From: Campylobacterales bacterium
Lineage (GTDB): Bacteria > Campylobacterota > Campylobacteria > Campylobacterales > QNZT01
Assembly: GCA_027081145.1 (NCBI GenBank)
Contig: JALWLB010000098.1
Span: 1-46,786 of the forward strand
Length of the DNA stretch: 46,786 nucleotides
Reading direction: 5' to 3'
A model generated the notes under the pieces. It was not told where the DNA came from. It ran no database searches and worked only from the letters and a program-made list of their open reading frames with translations. Positions 8,922 to 19,133 of the stretch are shown one piece after another; position 1 is the stretch's first letter; every line of letters begins with the position of its first letter. Made by a program: the position numbers and the translations under genes.

Positions 8922-10928
8922 TTATTTTAAGTAGTTAATCAAAGAGAGAGAATTGACCTTTGAAATAGTTGATAAAAGTGCTTGATAATTTAGTGTTAGT
9001 TGGTTAAATTCAAGTACACTTTGAGCTAAGTTAGCATCTATATTTTTTGATTTTAATTCAACTACATTTAACTCCATCACCTCTGTTTTATCTTTGATAG
9101 TTGATAAAGAGTTACTAATAGTACCAATACGAGATTGTTGAGTATTAAAATTATTCATAAACTTTTCCAATTTTAATAAAGAGTTTTGCATACCCACACT
9201 TCTAGGATTTGTTTCATTAGCATCCATATCAACTCGCCCACTTCTAACAGAGTCGATAATCTCATCTAACTCTTTAAAAAAATTGATATTTTGTTCATTA
9301 ATTGTTATAGCATTATTTGACATAAATGATAAAGATGGTGCACTCAAGTTTGAAAAATCATTTGAAGCTTTATCATAGAGTGCAAATTTAATTTGACTGC
9401 TATCATTTGTAAGGTCTCGAATCTCTAAAAAACCTTGAGAGTTGATTTTAGAATCTATACTCTTTTTAGACTCTATCACTGCACTATTATAATCACTAGC
9501 ACTATTTGTAGTTGCTGGAAGCTCATTTGATAAAACCATACTAATAATATCATGTAACTGTTGATATGTAAAATCATCTCCATCAGTTACATTTCCATCT
9601 GCATCATATATATTATATGTTGTAGATCCTATGCTAAAAGTTGAGTTGTTTGTATCTAAGTTTAACTCAACCGATACATCAGAGCCAGTTATATCAGTTA
9701 GCTCCATAATAAAACTTTGACCATTCAAAGATGATACACCTGCACTATCAACCAATTTTGTACTATTAGTTGCAAAATCATCTCCACTCATAATAGCAAC
9801 ATTTCCTCTTAATATATTTGAATCTTTTTCAAAATAAAATTGATCAATTTGTAAAGATTCATTTACTGTAGAATTGACTGAACTAAAATCACTTTTTATA
9901 AACTCTATAATTTCAACATTGCTAACATTGTTTAAATTACTCAAATTTTTATCTGTATAAATAGTATTATTTAAATCTGCATCATCTACATTTGCATCAC
10001 TTATATCTCTATCAATTGCACCTACAATTTTAAAATCAAGCCTACTACTACCAGAATTTAAATCTTTAATAACTATCTGTCCTCGATCATTTAAACTAAC
10101 TTCAACCACTTTTTGATCTACACTATTTCCAAAAGAGTTACCAATTTTATCAAGCAATTCACTTACACTTCTATCAGTACTTAAGTCAATTTGAGTTTTA
10201 AAACTTTCACCACTTGGTTTTGTGCCTGAGATATAAAAGTGTGCCGTTGCATCATCTGATTGATCATTATTGTTATCTCCAACCAAATCTCTAATAGTAT
10301 CACTATCTTTTAATATCTCATTAGTATCACTAGTTTTATTATAAAGAACTACATTTGTTGAGATAGTTTTATGTTGAGTTGAATCTTTTCCTAAAAATAG
10401 AGACTCTCCATCTACATTATAAGCCAGTTTTGTACTCTTTCCTGTAATTGTGCTCAAACTTTTATTATTTCCTAAATAGTTACCATTTTCATCTATCGGT
10501 TTTGTATTTATCATATCTCCTGAAAATAGATATTTTCCATTAAAAGTTGTATTTGCTAAAGAGATTAAATACTCTTTTTCAGCCTCCAACTCAGATGCAA
10601 TTGCCTCTCTACCACTTGCATTAACCGTTGCATTGGCAGCTTGAATTAGTTTTGTTTTAAACTTATTTAATGAGTCATAAAAATCACTCAGCGTTGAATC
10701 ACTAATATCAGCAAAAGTTTTAGCTTGTTCAACAGAGCTTTTTATTTGTGAGAGAAAGTTTTTTTCAGAGTTTAATCTTAAGTTAGCAGAATTGATTGAG
10801 CTATCTTCATAACCTTTTTGAATCTTCATACCAGATGATATCTGTTTGTTTAATCTATCAATCTCTTTAGCTGCACTGGCTTGATCATTTTTAAAATTTG
10901 CATAAAATAGATTACTAGATACTCTCAT
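8922..10928 (-). CDS. flgL: Flagellar hook-associated protein 3 FlgL (flagellin-family N/C termini with a large variable central domain)
   Basis: MRVSSNLFYANFKNDQ...NKQISSGMKIQ is a flagellin/FlgL N-terminal helix, and the C-terminus (LEFNQLTLNYQALLSTISKVNSLSLINYL) is the matching C-terminal helix. The ATG at 10928 is preceded by GGAG. Confidence 0.75.
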   Translation of the reverse strand: MRVSSNLFYANFKNDQASAAKEIDRLNKQISSGMKIQKGYEDSSINSANLRLNSEKNFLSQIKSSVEQAKTFADISDSTLSDFYDSLNKFKTKLIQAANATVNASGREAIASELEAEKEYLISLANTTFNGKYLFSGDMINTKPIDENGNYLGNNKSLSTITGKSTKLAYNVDGESLFLGKDSTQHKTISTNVVLYNKTSDTNEILKDSDTIRDLVGDNNNDQSDDATAHFYISGTKPSGESFKTQIDLSTDRSVSELLDKIGNSFGNSVDQKVVEVSLNDRGQIVIKDLNSGSSRLDFKIVGAIDRDISDANVDDADLNNTIYTDKNLSNLNNVSNVEIIEFIKSDFSSVNSTVNESLQIDQFYFEKDSNILRGNVAIMSGDDFATNSTKLVDSAGVSSLNGQSFIMELTDITGSDVSVELNLDTNNSTFSIGSTTYNIYDADGNVTDGDDFTYQQLHDIISMVLSNELPATTNSASDYNSAVIESKKSIDSKINSQGFLEIRDLTNDSSQIKFALYDKASNDFSNLSAPSLSFMSNNAITINEQNINFFKELDEIIDSVRSGRVDMDANETNPRSVGMQNSLLKLEKFMNNFNTQQSRIGTISNSLSTIKDKTEVMELNVVELKSKNIDANLAQSVLEFNQLTLNYQALLSTISKVNSLSLINYLK

Positions 10929-11071
10929 TTTGACTCCATTATAGGTGGAATATTGACTATAATATCGACATAAATTAATTTTTTTGAACTTTTTTAGAAA
11001 AAATATTTGTTTATTTATCAAAAAAATTGTACAATGACGCGTTTTACAACGACAATATAAAGGATTTAAGT

Positions 11072-11350
11072 ATGAAAAAAGCTGAATTTATTCAAGCGGT
11101 TTCAGAAAAAGCAGGTCTTTCTAAGAAAGATACTAGTGAAGTGGTAGATGCGGTTTTAGAAACTATTCAAGAAGCACTCGTTGCTAAAAAGAGTGTTAGT
11201 TTCATAGGTTTTGGTACTTTTTCTACATCACCTAGAGCTGCTAGAACTGCTAGAGTTCCTGGAACTAGTCAAATTGTAGAAGTTCCGGCAACAACTGCTG
11301 TAAAATTTAAAGTTGGAAAAAAACTTAAAGAGGCAGTAGCAAAAGCTTAA
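11072..11350 (+). CDS. hup: Histone-like DNA-binding protein HU
   Basis: MKKAEFIQAVSEKAGLSKKDT...FGTFSTSPRAARTARVPGT is the classic HU/IHF fold signature, 92 aa. AAGGA Shine-Dalgarno upstream. Confidence 0.9.
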   Translation: MKKAEFIQAVSEKAGLSKKDTSEVVDAVLETIQEALVAKKSVSFIGFGTFSTSPRAARTARVPGTSQIVEVPATTAVKFKVGKKLKEAVAKA

Positions 11351-11403
11351 TCTTACTTAGTCTATCTATTTTTTTATTACATGATATAGGTAGGCTGCAC
11401 TTT

Positions 11404-11490
11404 GCCGAGGTGGTGAAACTGGTAGACACGCTAGACTCAAAATCTGGTGGAATTTTTTCCGTGCCGGTTCGAGTCCGGCCCTCGGTACCA
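11404..11490 (+). tRNA. tRNA-Leu (anticodon CAA), long variable arm, encoded CCA
   Basis: Acceptor GCCGAGG/CCTCGGT, anticodon stem CUAGA/UCUGG with loop CUCAAAA, T-arm GGTTCGAGTCC, 87 nt. Very similar to canonical bacterial tRNA-Leu. Confidence 0.9.
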
Positions 11491-11491
11491 C

Positions 11492-12775
11492 TTAGTCTAA
11501 TTTAGTTATTTTACTATTTTGGTAAAATTTTTCTACTTTTGGTGATACTTTCACAACTCTTTTTAAATAGTTAAAAAAATTATCCCCATCATATCTAATC
11601 TTTAAAAATTTAGGATCAACTCCCCTACTTAATGCAACATAAAATTGACTATCTGCAAATATATGATTTACATTACAAACAAGTCTATCTATACTCATAC
11701 CTTGAGATTTGTGTATAGTTATAGCATAAGCCAATCTAATAGGATACTGTTCAAGCATACAGAGCGATTCATAATCTACTTCCCCATTTGAATTAATGAT
11801 AGTTTTATTCATTTGAAATGAAAATCTTTTTACTTTGACAACTTTAGTGCCTTTTTGAACCACAATAGAGTCATCATCAATATGCTCTACTATAGCTCTT
11901 TGCCCATTATAATAAGCTCCCCACTTATTTGTAGTAAAAATAACAGGAACCTTCTCTTTTAATTTTAACTCCTCTACAATTGGAAGCGATTTTTTCCAAC
12001 TTATCGCTTTATTAGAATCCTCTTTTAAGCTCATTGATTTAAAAATTGCTTTTAGTATAAACTCTTTAGAGTTTACAAGCTCTAGTTTTGCACTATTTAA
12101 CATATCGGCTTCATAATTTCTACCAAATAAAACAGTTGCACTATCTTCATCTATGTTTTGATTTTTTAACATATCTAAATACTCCAAGAGCTCTTTATCC
12201 AACTCTCCAACTCTTAGACGATTTAAAATATTTGCAAACTCCCTGTTTTTAGTCCTTTTTACTTCACAAAGCTCAACTATCTTAAAATCAAACACCTCCC
12301 AAGCACTACTCTCAAATGCATATACTAAATCATCAAATATATTTCTGTTTGTTTTTTTTAAAACTGGTGGAAGTTGATAAAAATCTCCAACAACCAACAC
12401 TCTACCCTTAAAATCAGCACCTCTTAATCTATAAAGTATCATCTCCAAAAGAGCTGCACTAACCATACTTATCTCATCTATGACAATCAGTTTTGTAGCT
12501 TGTAAAATTTTATTGATCTCTTTGATTCTGTGTCTATTTTTTCTATCAAAAACTTCAAGCTCTTCAAGACTATTACAAATTCCAAAAGAGAAAAAACTGT
12601 GAATTGTTTGACCATTTATATTAACAGCACTAATACCTGTACTTCCAAGAGCAATCACATCTTGATAATTTTGTATAATCTCTTTAACAAGATAACTTTT
12701 ACCAACTCCTGCTCCACCACTCAAAAAAAGGTTATCTTCTTTTAAATAGTTTAAAACTCTCTCTAAAATACTCAT
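11492..12775 (-). CDS. PIF1/RecD-like superfamily 1 DNA helicase
   Basis: Walker A GGAGVGKSY, Walker B LIVIDEISMV, VVGDFYQLPPV, C-terminal AITIHKSQGMS. The ATG at 12775 overlaps the rhomboid stop (ATGA). Confidence 0.75.
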   Translation of the reverse strand: MSILERVLNYLKEDNLFLSGGAGVGKSYLVKEIIQNYQDVIALGSTGISAVNINGQTIHSFFSFGICNSLEELEVFDRKNRHRIKEINKILQATKLIVIDEISMVSAALLEMILYRLRGADFKGRVLVVGDFYQLPPVLKKTNRNIFDDLVYAFESSAWEVFDFKIVELCEVKRTKNREFANILNRLRVGELDKELLEYLDMLKNQNIDEDSATVLFGRNYEADMLNSAKLELVNSKEFILKAIFKSMSLKEDSNKAISWKKSLPIVEELKLKEKVPVIFTTNKWGAYYNGQRAIVEHIDDDSIVVQKGTKVVKVKRFSFQMNKTIINSNGEVDYESLCMLEQYPIRLAYAITIHKSQGMSIDRLVCNVNHIFADSQFYVALSRGVDPKFLKIRYDGDNFFNYLKRVVKVSPKVEKFYQNSKITKLD

Positions 12776-13281
12776 ATCACCAAAGCCACAATCCAGCCCA
12801 AAATAAAACCGATAATGTGAGCATACCAAGCAACTGGCATACCTAAAAGTAAAGGAGCAAAGCTTATAAGTAAAATTGCAACTACTAAACCTACTCTTAA
12901 ATTTTTATCTTTTAGTGCCATAAAACCTATCAAAACACTCAAAGCTCCACTAGCACCAACAAGTGTGCTATCAATTCCAAAATTTAGCATAAAAACCAAA
13001 CTCAAAAGTGAAGTTAAAACTCCACCTATCATGTAGAGTGCTAAAAATTTAAAAACCCCAATTTCTCTCTCTAAAATAGTTCCAAACTGAAATAAAACTG
13101 CCATATTCATAAATAGATGAGTCCAATTTGCATGCATAAACATACTACTAAGTGGTTGAAAAAATAGTTTATGTTCTAGAAATAGAGAGTTCATACCATA
13201 AATCACACTTGCATCAAGAGAGTCTTTTGTAATTAAAAATATTAAAATATTAACAACAATTAAACCTATAACAACTACCAT
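12772..13281 (-). CDS. Rhomboid family intramembrane serine protease
   Basis: Six TM helices, HANWTHLFMNM, catalytic GASGA and a downstream AHIIGF His. The start at 13281 is preceded by AGGAG. Confidence 0.75.
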   Translation of the reverse strand: MVVVIGLIVVNILIFLITKDSLDASVIYGMNSLFLEHKLFFQPLSSMFMHANWTHLFMNMAVLFQFGTILEREIGVFKFLALYMIGGVLTSLLSLVFMLNFGIDSTLVGASGALSVLIGFMALKDKNLRVGLVVAILLISFAPLLLGMPVAWYAHIIGFILGWIVALVI

Positions 13282-14081
13282 TTTAACTCCTGAAGTTTGT
13301 TCATGCAATACTCATATATCTCTTGATTTTTATGTCTTTTGGATCCATTTAGTAAAATATTTAACTTTTTCATTATCTCAGTTTTGATCTCTACATGATA
13401 TCTACTATTTAAATGTTTTTCAAGTGCATAAACTCTAAATCTATCCATAGCAAAATATCTATAAGATAGTTGATTTTTTTCTCCATCATACTTTGTTACC
13501 AATCTTTCATGTAGCAATCCTACACTATACTTATAAAGCACTCTAAGCCATAAATCATAATCTTCACAAACTTTTAAACTCTGATCAAAATATCCAACAT
13601 CTTTTAAAATCTTTTTATTTATCATCACACTTGATGGAGCAATTTTACAAAAGTTTAAATTTTCTAAAAAACACTCACCTTGAGGTTTTTTATGATGAGA
13701 TTTTTGATTTATCACTTTATCATCTCGTATCCACAACTCATTTGTATGAGAAAACAAAATATCTCTATTTTTTGTATGAAACTCAACTTGCAGTTTTAAC
13801 TTATCTTTATGCCAAAAATCGTCTGAATCTAAAAATGCAACCCACTCATTTTTACAAAGCTCTATACCACGATTTCTAGCACTACTCACTCCTAAATTAT
13901 CTTGTGAAATCAAAACTATTTGATCTTGAAACTTTTTTAAAATCTCTTGCGTCTCATCACTTGATCCATCATCTATAACTATAATTTCATCAGCTTTATA
14001 ACTTTGATTGAGTACAGATTTTAATGCTCTTAAGATAGTATTTGCTCTATTGTAAGTTGGAATTACAACAGATATCTTCAT
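13275..14081 (-). CDS. Family 2 glycosyltransferase
   Basis: MKISVVIPTYNR...IIVIDDGSSDET...FLDSDD are GT-A/GT2 signatures. Confidence 0.8.
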   Translation of the reverse strand: MKISVVIPTYNRANTILRALKSVLNQSYKADEIIVIDDGSSDETQEILKKFQDQIVLISQDNLGVSSARNRGIELCKNEWVAFLDSDDFWHKDKLKLQVEFHTKNRDILFSHTNELWIRDDKVINQKSHHKKPQGECFLENLNFCKIAPSSVMINKKILKDVGYFDQSLKVCEDYDLWLRVLYKYSVGLLHERLVTKYDGEKNQLSYRYFAMDRFRVYALEKHLNSRYHVEIKTEIMKKLNILLNGSKRHKNQEIYEYCMNKLQELKW

Positions 14082-14084
14082 AAA

Positions 14085-14642
14085 CTACTTTTTTGTAGCT
14101 TTAGTTAGATATATCCAAAATAGAGATAAAACAGTTACTAAAATCAAAGGTGCAATCCATGGATTATCTTTTAATTTTCCAAAAAGATTGATAATATACT
14201 CTCCACCTTTATAACTCAAAAGTCCAAAAAACAGAGCCCAAATGATAGATGCAAAAACATTTAATACACCAAATTTAAAAAAGCTATATTTTGTAAGCCC
14301 TATTGCAATTGGCACTAAAGTCTTAACTCCATAGATAAATTTTTGTATAAAAATAATAAAAGATCCATACTTTTTAATAAGTATATGACTAAGTGCAAAT
14401 TTTCGTCTATGACTTTTCATATAAGGCAAAAGTGGCTTTTTATTGTATCTTGCTAAATAAAAAAGTAACATATCACCCAAATAGTTTGCAACTCCTGCAA
14501 CTATCATCGAAACACCCAAATCCATTTTACCAGCATAAGAGAGTGCTCCAGCTGCAACAATAGCAAAAAAACCACCACCAAGAGAGTAAAAAAATAAAAA
14601 TATATATCCATAAGTGGATATAGATGTTAATAACTCTTGCAT
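14085..14642 (-). CDS. DedA/SNARE-associated family membrane protein
   Basis: ~185-aa polytopic protein with the DedA-type pattern (G..F....AGALSY, ...YLARY..K). Confidence 0.6.
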   Translation of the reverse strand: MQELLTSISTYGYIFLFFYSLGGGFFAIVAAGALSYAGKMDLGVSMIVAGVANYLGDMLLFYLARYNKKPLLPYMKSHRRKFALSHILIKKYGSFIIFIQKFIYGVKTLVPIAIGLTKYSFFKFGVLNVFASIIWALFFGLLSYKGGEYIINLFGKLKDNPWIAPLILVTVLSLFWIYLTKATKK

Positions 14643-15305
14643 TTAGTTAAATTTTGCCTTCAATTTTGATACAACCGCTGGTACTTTTACTTTATAATTT
14701 CTAATGATATCTGTTACTGTTGCATCATGTCCATAAAATCTACTATTTGCTTTTTTATCTATCTCTAAAACTGCTCCTGAGAGTGATACTCCTAAAAATA
14801 GCCCTTGAGAGATTGAGTATGAGTAAACTTCGGATCTAAAACTCACATCTGTATTTGCTCCAACCTCTCTACCAAGAGGTCCAACTGCAATACTTCCATC
14901 AAGACCCAAAGTAAACCTAGAATCGATCAATCCCTCAATACTTTTTCTACTTTTAAAAACCAATACTATATCAGCAACTTGTACACCAGCTTGAAAACCA
15001 ATACTACCACCTTTCAAAGTTAAAAATACTGGATTGCTCCACTTTCCATCATCACCTTTTACACAAATTACACCCTCACCATATCTTCCACCCAAAATAA
15101 AGCCAATCTTATAAGAAGATGGTATGATCGCTATCGCTTTGGCTTTTCTAAATAGTATATGAGGCATAGAGCTTTCAGGTAAATGTAGCATATTGTTTAA
15201 AGTTGCAGTTGCTGATAGCACCCTTTTTTCTTCATTTGATAGAGCAAATAGTGAAATAGAAGCTATACTCATAAAAATGAGCATTAGCTTTATAGACTTT
15301 ATCAT
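14643..15305 (-). CDS. Secreted SYLF (Ysc84/DUF500) lipid-binding domain protein
   Basis: Signal peptide, then GGRYGEGVICVKGDDGKWSNPVFLTLKGGSIGFQAGVQ..DIVLVF, which is typical of SYLF domains. Confidence 0.65.
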   Translation of the reverse strand: MIKSIKLMLIFMSIASISLFALSNEEKRVLSATATLNNMLHLPESSMPHILFRKAKAIAIIPSSYKIGFILGGRYGEGVICVKGDDGKWSNPVFLTLKGGSIGFQAGVQVADIVLVFKSRKSIEGLIDSRFTLGLDGSIAVGPLGREVGANTDVSFRSEVYSYSISQGLFLGVSLSGAVLEIDKKANSRFYGHDATVTDIIRNYKVKVPAVVSKLKAKFN

Positions 15306-17080
15306 CTTTTTTTTCTCCTATTAAAATATTGTGCAAACTTCCCATCTTGGGCTAAGAGCTCTTCTAAAACGCCCTTTTGAATAATTTCACCCTTATCTAG
15401 CACATAAACAAAATCGGCCTGTTTAATTGTACTTAGTCTATGAGCAACTATTATAGTGGTTCTTCCTTTTAAAAACAATGATAATTCGTCAAATAATTTT
15501 GACTCTGTCTGAACATCCAGTGCTGAAGTTGATTCATCTAAAATTACAATATTTGGATTTGCTATAACCATTCTTGCAATAGAGATTCTCTGCCTTTGTC
15601 CACCTGATAATTTTACTCCATTTGCCCCTACAATCGTATCCAACTTTTTTGGCAAAGAGTTAATAAACTCTTCAAGCTGAGCTATTTTAATGGCTCGTTT
15701 TATCTCTGTATCATCTACATTTTCACCAAAAGTTAGGTTAAATTTTATTGTATCATTAAAAAGAGTTGGAGCTTGTAAAACTAAAAAAGCGTGTTCTCTA
15801 ACTACATCAAGTCCTATCTCTTTGATATTTATCTCATCGAAACTAATTTCACCTTTTGTTGGAGAATAAAACCCTACTATAATTTGTGCCAAAGTTGTTT
15901 TACCACTACCACTAGCACCAACAATCGCAACTTTTGAGCCTTTTTTGATACTCATATTGATATTTTTTAAAATTGGCTTATCTTTATCATGTTCAAAATA
16001 GATATCTTTTAACTCTATACTATTTGTTAAACTATTTGAAAATGGATTCTTTATATGTTTATAGTGTGGCTCAAGCTTCATATCATAAATAGCATTTATT
16101 CTATTAAGTGCTGCTTTTGCATTTGCAAAGGCGTATTGGATATTTATAATCTCATTTATAGGATTCATAATAACCCAAAGATAACCAAAAACCCCTAACA
16201 TTAGCCCAATTGATAAATCAGAATATGCCACTACCAAAATTCCAGCTGCTCTAAAGATTTCAAATCCAGCTAAAAAAAGTAAAAATGAAAATTTACTAGC
16301 AGCATCACTCTTATACTCAAACTCTATCGCTGCATTTTTGATATCTTTTGCTCTATTTGTCAATTTTTGTACAAATTTACTCTCTTGATTACTAGCTTTT
16401 ACTTGGGCAAATAGATCAAGGGTCTCTCCTAAAGCTTCTTGGAAAATGGCTATTTTTGCATTCTCTTGTTTTTTAAACTTAGAGACTTTTCTAGCTATTT
16501 TGGCAGTTAAAAACATTATAAAAGGATTTAAAAGAAGTATAAAAAGTGCCAATTGCCAATGTATCATTAATAAAACAAAGCCTATTGCAACAACTGTCAA
16601 GATAGAGATAATCAACCTACTAATACTAATAGATAAAAATTTATCAACTGTATCTACATCTATCATCATTAAAGATAAAATTTTTCCACTACTAAAATTT
16701 TCATACTCACTTAGTGAAACTTTTGAAATCCTATTTAGTAAATCTTTTCTAATCTTATAGGTAATATTTTTGGATACAATACTAAAAAGCCAATTGTGCA
16801 AAACACTCAAAATAAAAAATAGAGCTCTTAAAATAATTGTCATAACTAAAACTATCAAAACATATACATAACTCTCCTGCGGCTTTCCCAAAATAGAGTT
16901 TACACTATTTACAACAACTCCCGGTTTATCCAATAACACTTCATCAACAAGTAAAGGTATCAAAAGTGGAGTGGGAGTAATGATTACAACTGCAAGTAGT
17001 GCTATGAGATTTGCGATTATCAACTCTTTTTTATAATGTTTTAACTCTTGTAAGATATATTTTAAGCTATATTTTTGCAT
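15302..17080 (-). CDS. ABC exporter, fused permease/ATPase (MsbA-like)
   Basis: Six-TM exporter domain, Walker A GASGSGKTT, signature LSGGQRQR, Walker B ILDESTSALD. Confidence 0.85.
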   Translation of the reverse strand: MQKYSLKYILQELKHYKKELIIANLIALLAVVIITPTPLLIPLLVDEVLLDKPGVVVNSVNSILGKPQESYVYVLIVLVMTIILRALFFILSVLHNWLFSIVSKNITYKIRKDLLNRISKVSLSEYENFSSGKILSLMMIDVDTVDKFLSISISRLIISILTVVAIGFVLLMIHWQLALFILLLNPFIMFLTAKIARKVSKFKKQENAKIAIFQEALGETLDLFAQVKASNQESKFVQKLTNRAKDIKNAAIEFEYKSDAASKFSFLLFLAGFEIFRAAGILVVAYSDLSIGLMLGVFGYLWVIMNPINEIINIQYAFANAKAALNRINAIYDMKLEPHYKHIKNPFSNSLTNSIELKDIYFEHDKDKPILKNINMSIKKGSKVAIVGASGSGKTTLAQIIVGFYSPTKGEISFDEINIKEIGLDVVREHAFLVLQAPTLFNDTIKFNLTFGENVDDTEIKRAIKIAQLEEFINSLPKKLDTIVGANGVKLSGGQRQRISIARMVIANPNIVILDESTSALDVQTESKLFDELSLFLKGRTTIIVAHRLSTIKQADFVYVLDKGEIIQKGVLEELLAQDGKFAQYFNRRKKR

Positions 17081-17114
17081 GAGCCATTATACCAAATATG
17101 CTATAATCCTCACT

Positions 17115-17477
17115 ATGAATGATAAAAAAATTATAAAATACAAAAGAACAAAATATATAAGAGAGTCTGAAAGATTTATCAACAAAAGTGTAAACTTTAT
17201 CTCAAAAGATGATATAACCAAAGATGAGTTTGATCTGTTTATACAAAAGATTTATACCTCTTTTTTAGAGGTAGAAAAAGTAGCACTCTATAGTGAATAC
17301 TTTAATCTACTAGAATCGACTATCCAAAAAATAGCCAACTTAACACAAGAGAAGCTCCAAATTGATGAAATTAAAAAAGTTATCATGTACGAAGCAAATC
17401 AGTTAAGAAAGCTAAAAAGAAAAAAGAGCTTTTCAAGAAAAAGATTTAACTTAGATTATACAAACGAAACATTTTAA
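17115..17477 (+). CDS. Hypothetical basic protein (120 aa from the ATG at 17115; the ORF is open from 17079)
   Basis: ORF only, with no recognisable domain. TGCTATAAT (17099-17107) lies 7 nt upstream of the ATG at 17115. Confidence 0.35.
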   Translation: MNDKKIIKYKRTKYIRESERFINKSVNFISKDDITKDEFDLFIQKIYTSFLEVEKVALYSEYFNLLESTIQKIANLTQEKLQIDEIKKVIMYEANQLRKLKRKKSFSRKRFNLDYTNETF

Positions 17478-17509
17478 AATGTTTTGATGTATAATCCAAA
17501 TTTATTATA

Positions 17510-17830
17510 CTAATTTTGCACCAAAACCCAATCCAACTCTTTTGAATTTTTTATAAATGTAAATGTATATCTTCTGTTTTTACTATCAATTATGCAATTT
17601 GATTTTAATGGATAATAGTCTGTATCATTGAGAGATACACTAATAGAATCCGATTTAAAAACTGCATCCGAATCAAGATCAGTTCCAACTCCCGGTAATT
17701 TACCCTCAATTTGCAAATCCATACAAGTCTCAACCAAAGAGTTAAATTGGTTTGGATCAATCTTCTCTTCAGCCATTAAAAAAGAGTTCACTCCTACAAG
17801 TAATCCTACTAAAAATAGTTTTTTATACAT
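17510..17830 (-). CDS. Small secreted hypothetical protein (signal peptide)
   Basis: MYKKLFLVGLLVGVNSFLMA signal sequence, with AGGA Shine-Dalgarno ~10 nt upstream of the ATG at 17830. Confidence 0.5.
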   Translation of the reverse strand: MYKKLFLVGLLVGVNSFLMAEEKIDPNQFNSLVETCMDLQIEGKLPGVGTDLDSDAVFKSDSISVSLNDTDYYPLKSNCIIDSKNRRYTFTFIKNSKELDWVLVQN

Positions 17831-17901
17831 GATATTTTTTCCTATAAATTTAATAAAAAACCTATTGTACAAAATAATATTTAAATGTTGTTGAAATAGT
17901 T

Positions 17902-19026
17902 TTACTTAAACCAACTTTTTACCTTATCCATTACACTTTCAAACTTACTCTCATTTGGAGAACTCTCATATCCAAATGAAGCTTGAAGCCTCTCTAAAAG
18001 CTCTTTTTGCTCATCGGTCAATTTTTTTGGATAGACTATTTTTATTTGAACTATCATATCACCTTTTTGACCAGAGTGCACATTACTAACACCCTCACCT
18101 CTTAAGATAAATTGCTCTTTATCCTTAACTCCTGCTGGAATTTTGATCTCCTGCTCAGAATTTAGTGTAGGAACTTTAACTTCTCCTCCAAGTACAGCTT
18201 TGGTAAAAAATATAGGAACCTCTATATAGATGTTATCCCCATCTCTTATAAAGTGATCATCCTCTTTTACATTTATAAAAAGATATAAATCCCCTCTTTG
18301 TCCATATTGGCTTATATTTCCTTTTTTGCTAACTCTAATTCTATTACCGCTATCAACTCCAGCTGGGATTTCAACTTTTGTACTAGATCTACTTTTGATA
18401 TAACCTCGTGCACTACATTTAGGGCATCTATTTTTAGATATTTTACCCTCCCCTTTACAGACACTACAAGTTTGTGCAAAGGTCATAAAACCTTGTCTAT
18501 AATAGACCTGCCCTTTTCCATCACACTCATAACAGACTTGTAATTTTTTATCCCTATCACCTGTACCATCACAAGCTTCACAAGGCTCTAAAAACTCAAA
18601 CTTTATCTCTTTTTGACACCCAAATATAGCTTCATTAAATTCAAGTACTATTTCACTCTCAACATCTAATGGATACTTTTGATTATTTCTTGAATCTCTT
18701 TGAGAAAAGCCTCCAAATCCACCAAAACCTCTACCAAAAACAGATTCAAAGATTGAGCTTAAATCACTCATATCAGAAAAACCACTAAAACCTTGATTTT
18801 CAAGCCCAGCTTTTCCATATCTATCATATATCTCTCTTTTTTGAGGATCGCTCAAAACTTGATAGGCTTCATTAACAAGTTTAAACTTCTCTTCAGCCTC
18901 TTTTTGGCCTTGATTTCTATCAGGATGATATTTTAGTGCTAACTTTCTATACGCTTTTTTAATCTCAGCACTATTTGCATCTCTTTGTATCTCTAAAATT
19001 TCGTAATAATCAAGCTCCATAGACAT
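17902..19026 (-). CDS. dnaJ: Molecular chaperone DnaJ
   Basis: J domain (DYYEILEI...[13 protein letters not shown]), G/F region and four CxxCxGxG zinc-finger repeats. Confidence 0.95.
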   Translation of the reverse strand: MSMELDYYEILEIQRDANSAEIKKAYRKLALKYHPDRNQGQKEAEEKFKLVNEAYQVLSDPQKREIYDRYGKAGLENQGFSGFSDMSDLSSIFESVFGRGFGGFGGFSQRDSRNNQKYPLDVESEIVLEFNEAIFGCQKEIKFEFLEPCEACDGTGDRDKKLQVCYECDGKGQVYYRQGFMTFAQTCSVCKGEGKISKNRCPKCSARGYIKSRSSTKVEIPAGVDSGNRIRVSKKGNISQYGQRGDLYLFINVKEDDHFIRDGDNIYIEVPIFFTKAVLGGEVKVPTLNSEQEIKIPAGVKDKEQFILRGEGVSNVHSGQKGDMIVQIKIVYPKKLTDEQKELLERLQASFGYESSPNESKFESVMDKVKSWFK

Positions 19027-19133
19027 TTAAACACACCCCTCTCTTAATATGGCGAAAATATTATCTTCTTTTTGCTAAAAAAATATTAAATTTGTCGATA
19101 TTACACCAAAGTAAGTTCTTTTAAGGAAAACAA

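Noticed and set aside
10938-10967. Possible sigma28 -10 (CGATAT on the minus strand, 10967-10962) or sigma70 -10 (TATAAT, 10943-10938) for flgL
   Set aside because: There is no TAAA -35 at the proper 15-16 nt spacing for sigma28. The TATAAT is only 9 nt from the ATG and overlaps the Shine-Dalgarno region. No GG-N10-GC sigma54 element was seen either, so the promoter class is left unassigned.
8861-17880. Palindrome TTGTACAA next to the ftsK -10 (8861-8868), in the flgL/hup intergenic region (about 11027-11034) and near 17867
   Set aside because: The expected number of this AT-rich 8-mer in the window is about two, so its occurrence at promoters is compatible with chance.
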